Shown here in pieces: positions 61,164-64,000 of a DNA stretch of 64,000 nucleotides (position 1 is its first letter; each line of letters opens with the position of its first letter). The stretch covers positions 125,415,731 to 125,479,730 of the forward strand of contig NC_092378.1 in NCBI RefSeq assembly GCF_030028105.1. The letters are read 5' to 3'. The translations under genes were made by a program, and so were the position numbers. The DNA comes from Mobula birostris. Taxonomy: Eukaryota. Under the pieces are notes generated by a model, which saw only the letters and a program-made list of their open reading frames with translations, ran no database searches and had not been told where the DNA came from.

Positions 61164-63073
61164 GATAGGTTTGTATTATTATCACTAGATTTCAAAACCT
61201 CCACTCCACCGTTTATCCAGTCCTAGCCAAAGCTCTGTTATTATTCCTGCTAGGACACTAGTGTGCCCAGTAACAATTTTTCTTGGCCATCATGTGAAGC
61301 AGTGTAATGACAATAACAGAGGGACTGAGAGGAAGTCTGGATATTTACCAATGGTATTTGTACAATTCCTTTCACAAATGTATTTTCAATTCAGTTCAAT
61401 GTCTAGTTAAGTATTTCATTGGAAATATTTCCCTCCACAATTGGCTTTTGTCCACGACACACAACAAAACCCAATTTTAACCAAGATGAGAAACATTCCA
61501 TCCTGCGCTTGATTGCGGGTTTGTTACCGTGAGTCGTTATTTTTGTGCCCACCATGAAAATGCTTCCTCAACTTTAATCTGAGGACTGGCCAGTGGTGCA
61601 GAATGTGATGCTACTGTCAGCTCCAGCGAACCTTTTCAAGCTGGCCCAGTGCCTAAAGCGATGTCCAAACACTGGGTTCAGTCATCTAGTTATGCTCCGG
61701 GGCCTGGACCCCACCACCTCAATTTGGCTGTAACCGACCACTCCAGGATGAAGTTTTCATTTCATCCTTGGATCACATGGGATTTCCTCAGATGTTCAAA
61801 TTCAACCCCCCTCCCCCCCATAGCCCTGTTGGTAAATTATCTCATGTAGATATGTTGAGGAACACAGTACATGAGACAATAAGTTACAGGGAAATAAAGG
61901 AATAGCATTGCTCTGCAACCTGGCTTAGATTCACTGGGGCAAATGGCCTCCCTCTCTATCAGAAACAAGTATACATTTGAAAATGCTCCAATTCATTTCT
62001 TTGCTAGCTGTTCTATTAATCTTTCGACCTCTAGCACATATTGTCTGAAATGGAGAAAGCACATCTGGAATGGAATTGAGAACTCCAGACACCTGAAGCA
62101 CACAGAAGCTCTGCATGGTGCAAAGAGTGCACCCACTCACCTGCCACCTGCTGAGTCATCTATGGAACAATTTCCTGTTCACACAGTTGTCTTGTAATGA
62201 GCTCCTTGGGCTTGTGCAGAAAGCTAGAGACCATTGGGCTCCAAGGTTTTTGGAGTACCTGAGTTGGTTAATTGTTGCCCAATGAGGGTTATAATTGTTT
62301 AGAATTCCTTGTTTTTTTTTCTTGAGCAACTTGCTCTTTGCAATGCGTTCTCCTGGTGCTTTCTGTTTAACTTGTTAAATTTATTTTGGTAGGCTCAGGG
62401 ATTCCATATTACTTCTATTACTTAAGCTGACACCCAACAGGGGCTAATCGCAGGGTCCTTGTTTTGAGAATGCCACGTCTTACTTTGTCACTCGGCTGAG
62501 CAACCAATATTCCGTTGGGATCCGTATGAATGAACTCTGGTTGCCGTCTCTACATTGGAATCTGCCTTTCCTGCACACTTGGGTTCCAACATTGCAGTGC
62601 ACATCATGACAAGTGTCATCAGACAGCTCAAACCAGAATGGAAACAATTCATCCTGTATATCCAGAACTGCTGAAGAAGAGGATATGGCTCTAGTCTGTT
62701 TATCCTACACTGTTTTCTTCTTTGTGATCCTTTATAGATGTTGACTTAGCTGTGTATTCCCTTTATTTTGTTTTATCTTTACAATGTGCAGGCTCCCTTT
62801 GGTACAGCTGGAAAACTGCTCAAGTAGAGCACATAAAGTTACCTTGAGTGGCCCGCAGTGCATTCCTTGAAGAACAACACATTTCGTTAACATTGCCAAG
62901 TTACAATAACACTTGGAAACTATGTCAATGCACTTAGACAGCACAGTGAGTCAAGTCTGGACACCTCCTCCTCCTAAGTGCCTTTCTTAATTTCCGCTTA
63001 CCCTGTAACCGAAGCCGGAGTGAGGGGCGCTGCTGGAATGAAAACGTAATTCATTTCAAAGATAGACATGCCT

Positions 63074-63081
63074 TATATAAA
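63074..63081 (+). promoter_or_regulatory. Candidate TATA box of PTX4
   Basis: TATATAAA about 90 nt upstream of the ATG. Confidence 0.5.
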
Positions 63082-63168
63082 GCAATATTGCTTGCCATAG
63101 CGAGCCATTTCCCGGGTTTGTTATCGGTCTGCACTGACGGGGGTGACAGAGGAATCCTAATGTTAAAC

Positions 63169-63306
63169 ATGGGTTTCAGCAAAAAGCTTATTTGGATTTT
63201 CCTGATGTGGATCTGTTGTAACCTACGTATGACATGCACACAATACACTGAGGGTGTAAAACAGAGGAAACCGTTTTTCGAACGGTTTCGGCGTCTGGAA
63301 GAGCAG
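63169..63306 (+). CDS. PTX4: Pentraxin 4, exon 1 (signal peptide; alternative in-frame ATG at 63160)
   Basis: MGFSKKLIWIFLMWICCNLRMTCTQYTEGVKQRKPFFERFRRLEEQ|gtaggt; RKPFFERxRRLEEQ matches the recalled PTX4 N-terminus. Confidence 0.9.
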
Positions 63307-63631
63307 GTAGGTCCCAACAGACTTCGGAGATGAGTAACTTTGTTTTGGAGAGTTTGTTCCTCTAAGTGGGGCCAGAGCAATTGGTCGGTCGGGTCCCTGT
63401 ACACAGCAGGGTGAGAAGCGCGGTCATTCCGATTTTCCCCGGTAGATATTTAGAATTTAAACGCGAATTGGAACAATTTTCTATGATCGAATGTCCTGAA
63501 ACGAATTTACAGTGTTAAACTGGGAGCTTCTGGGGTCTCTGCCAGGGTAGTCCAAGCGAATATATCCCATAAACTTCATCTGCTGCTATTTCTTGTTGTA
63601 ATACGTATTCTCCCCCACATTATTCCCACAG

Positions 63632-64000
63632 TTCCGCCGATTTCAAGAAATTAGCTTGACACGTTTGCAAATAATTTCTGAGAACTTCAATGCGTCTTCT
63701 AACCTGGACGTTCGCCTTCAATTGCTGACAGAGCAATACAATAATATCTCGGCAATGGTGCAGGGCTTCCAAACGGTTACAGAAAACGACATCAGGAGCT
63801 TGAAATCATGGATCAAAAAACTACAAAAGGAAACCAGGAAGATTGACCTGAAAATGTCAACCTTAGAGAAAGTCCTCAATGAGCGAAGCAAGCAAATCTT
63901 AAAAGACAAGAAAGTACAGAGCGAGATCACGTCTAACCTGACAGCCGAAGTAAAACATCAGAGGAATGAAATCAACTCTTTGGCTGCGGGCAAGAAGAAA
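63632..64000 (+). CDS. PTX4: Pentraxin 4, exon 2 (coiled coil), runs off the window
   Basis: ttcccacag|FRRFQEISLTRLQIISENFNASSNLDVRLQLL...LKSWIKKLQKETRKIDLKMSTLEKVLNERSKQ; open to the window end; matches PTX4 [38 protein letters not shown]. Confidence 0.9.

Overview
Vertebrate genomic DNA, not prokaryotic. The repeat repertoire (CR1, HE1/V-SINE-like, Penelope-like, Rex/Babar) suggests a cartilaginous fish, probably a ray; this is an inference. Three spliced protein-coding genes can be rebuilt with GT-AG junctions and consistent phases: INTS15/C7orf26 (minus strand, 6 coding exons 11511->1037, 440 aa, probable non-coding first exon near 18.4 kb), ECI1 (minus strand, 7 exons 47211->24652, 306 aa) and the 5' part of PTX4 (plus strand, from 63169, running off the window). 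Introns and intergenic DNA are mostly decayed and often nested transposable elements: two long CR1 LINEs, a near-full-length Rex/Babar LINE, RTE fragments, an RT-less BEL/Pao LTR element, a Gypsy remnant, Tigger, Tc1 and mariner elements, and tRNA-derived SINEs. The most notable non-coding signal is about ten copies of a minimal hammerhead-ribozyme motif (agtc-CUGANGA-A-stem II-GAAAC-GUC-gacu) carried by Penelope-like element termini. Four of these insertions are short hairpin-shaped elements with 12-13 bp target-site duplications. There is one assembly gap (28451-28602). Most short ORFs in the supplied track are TE fragments or antisense noise. Homology calls come from recalled sequences and motifs, not database searches, and TE boundaries are approximate unless a TSD or terminus is quoted.
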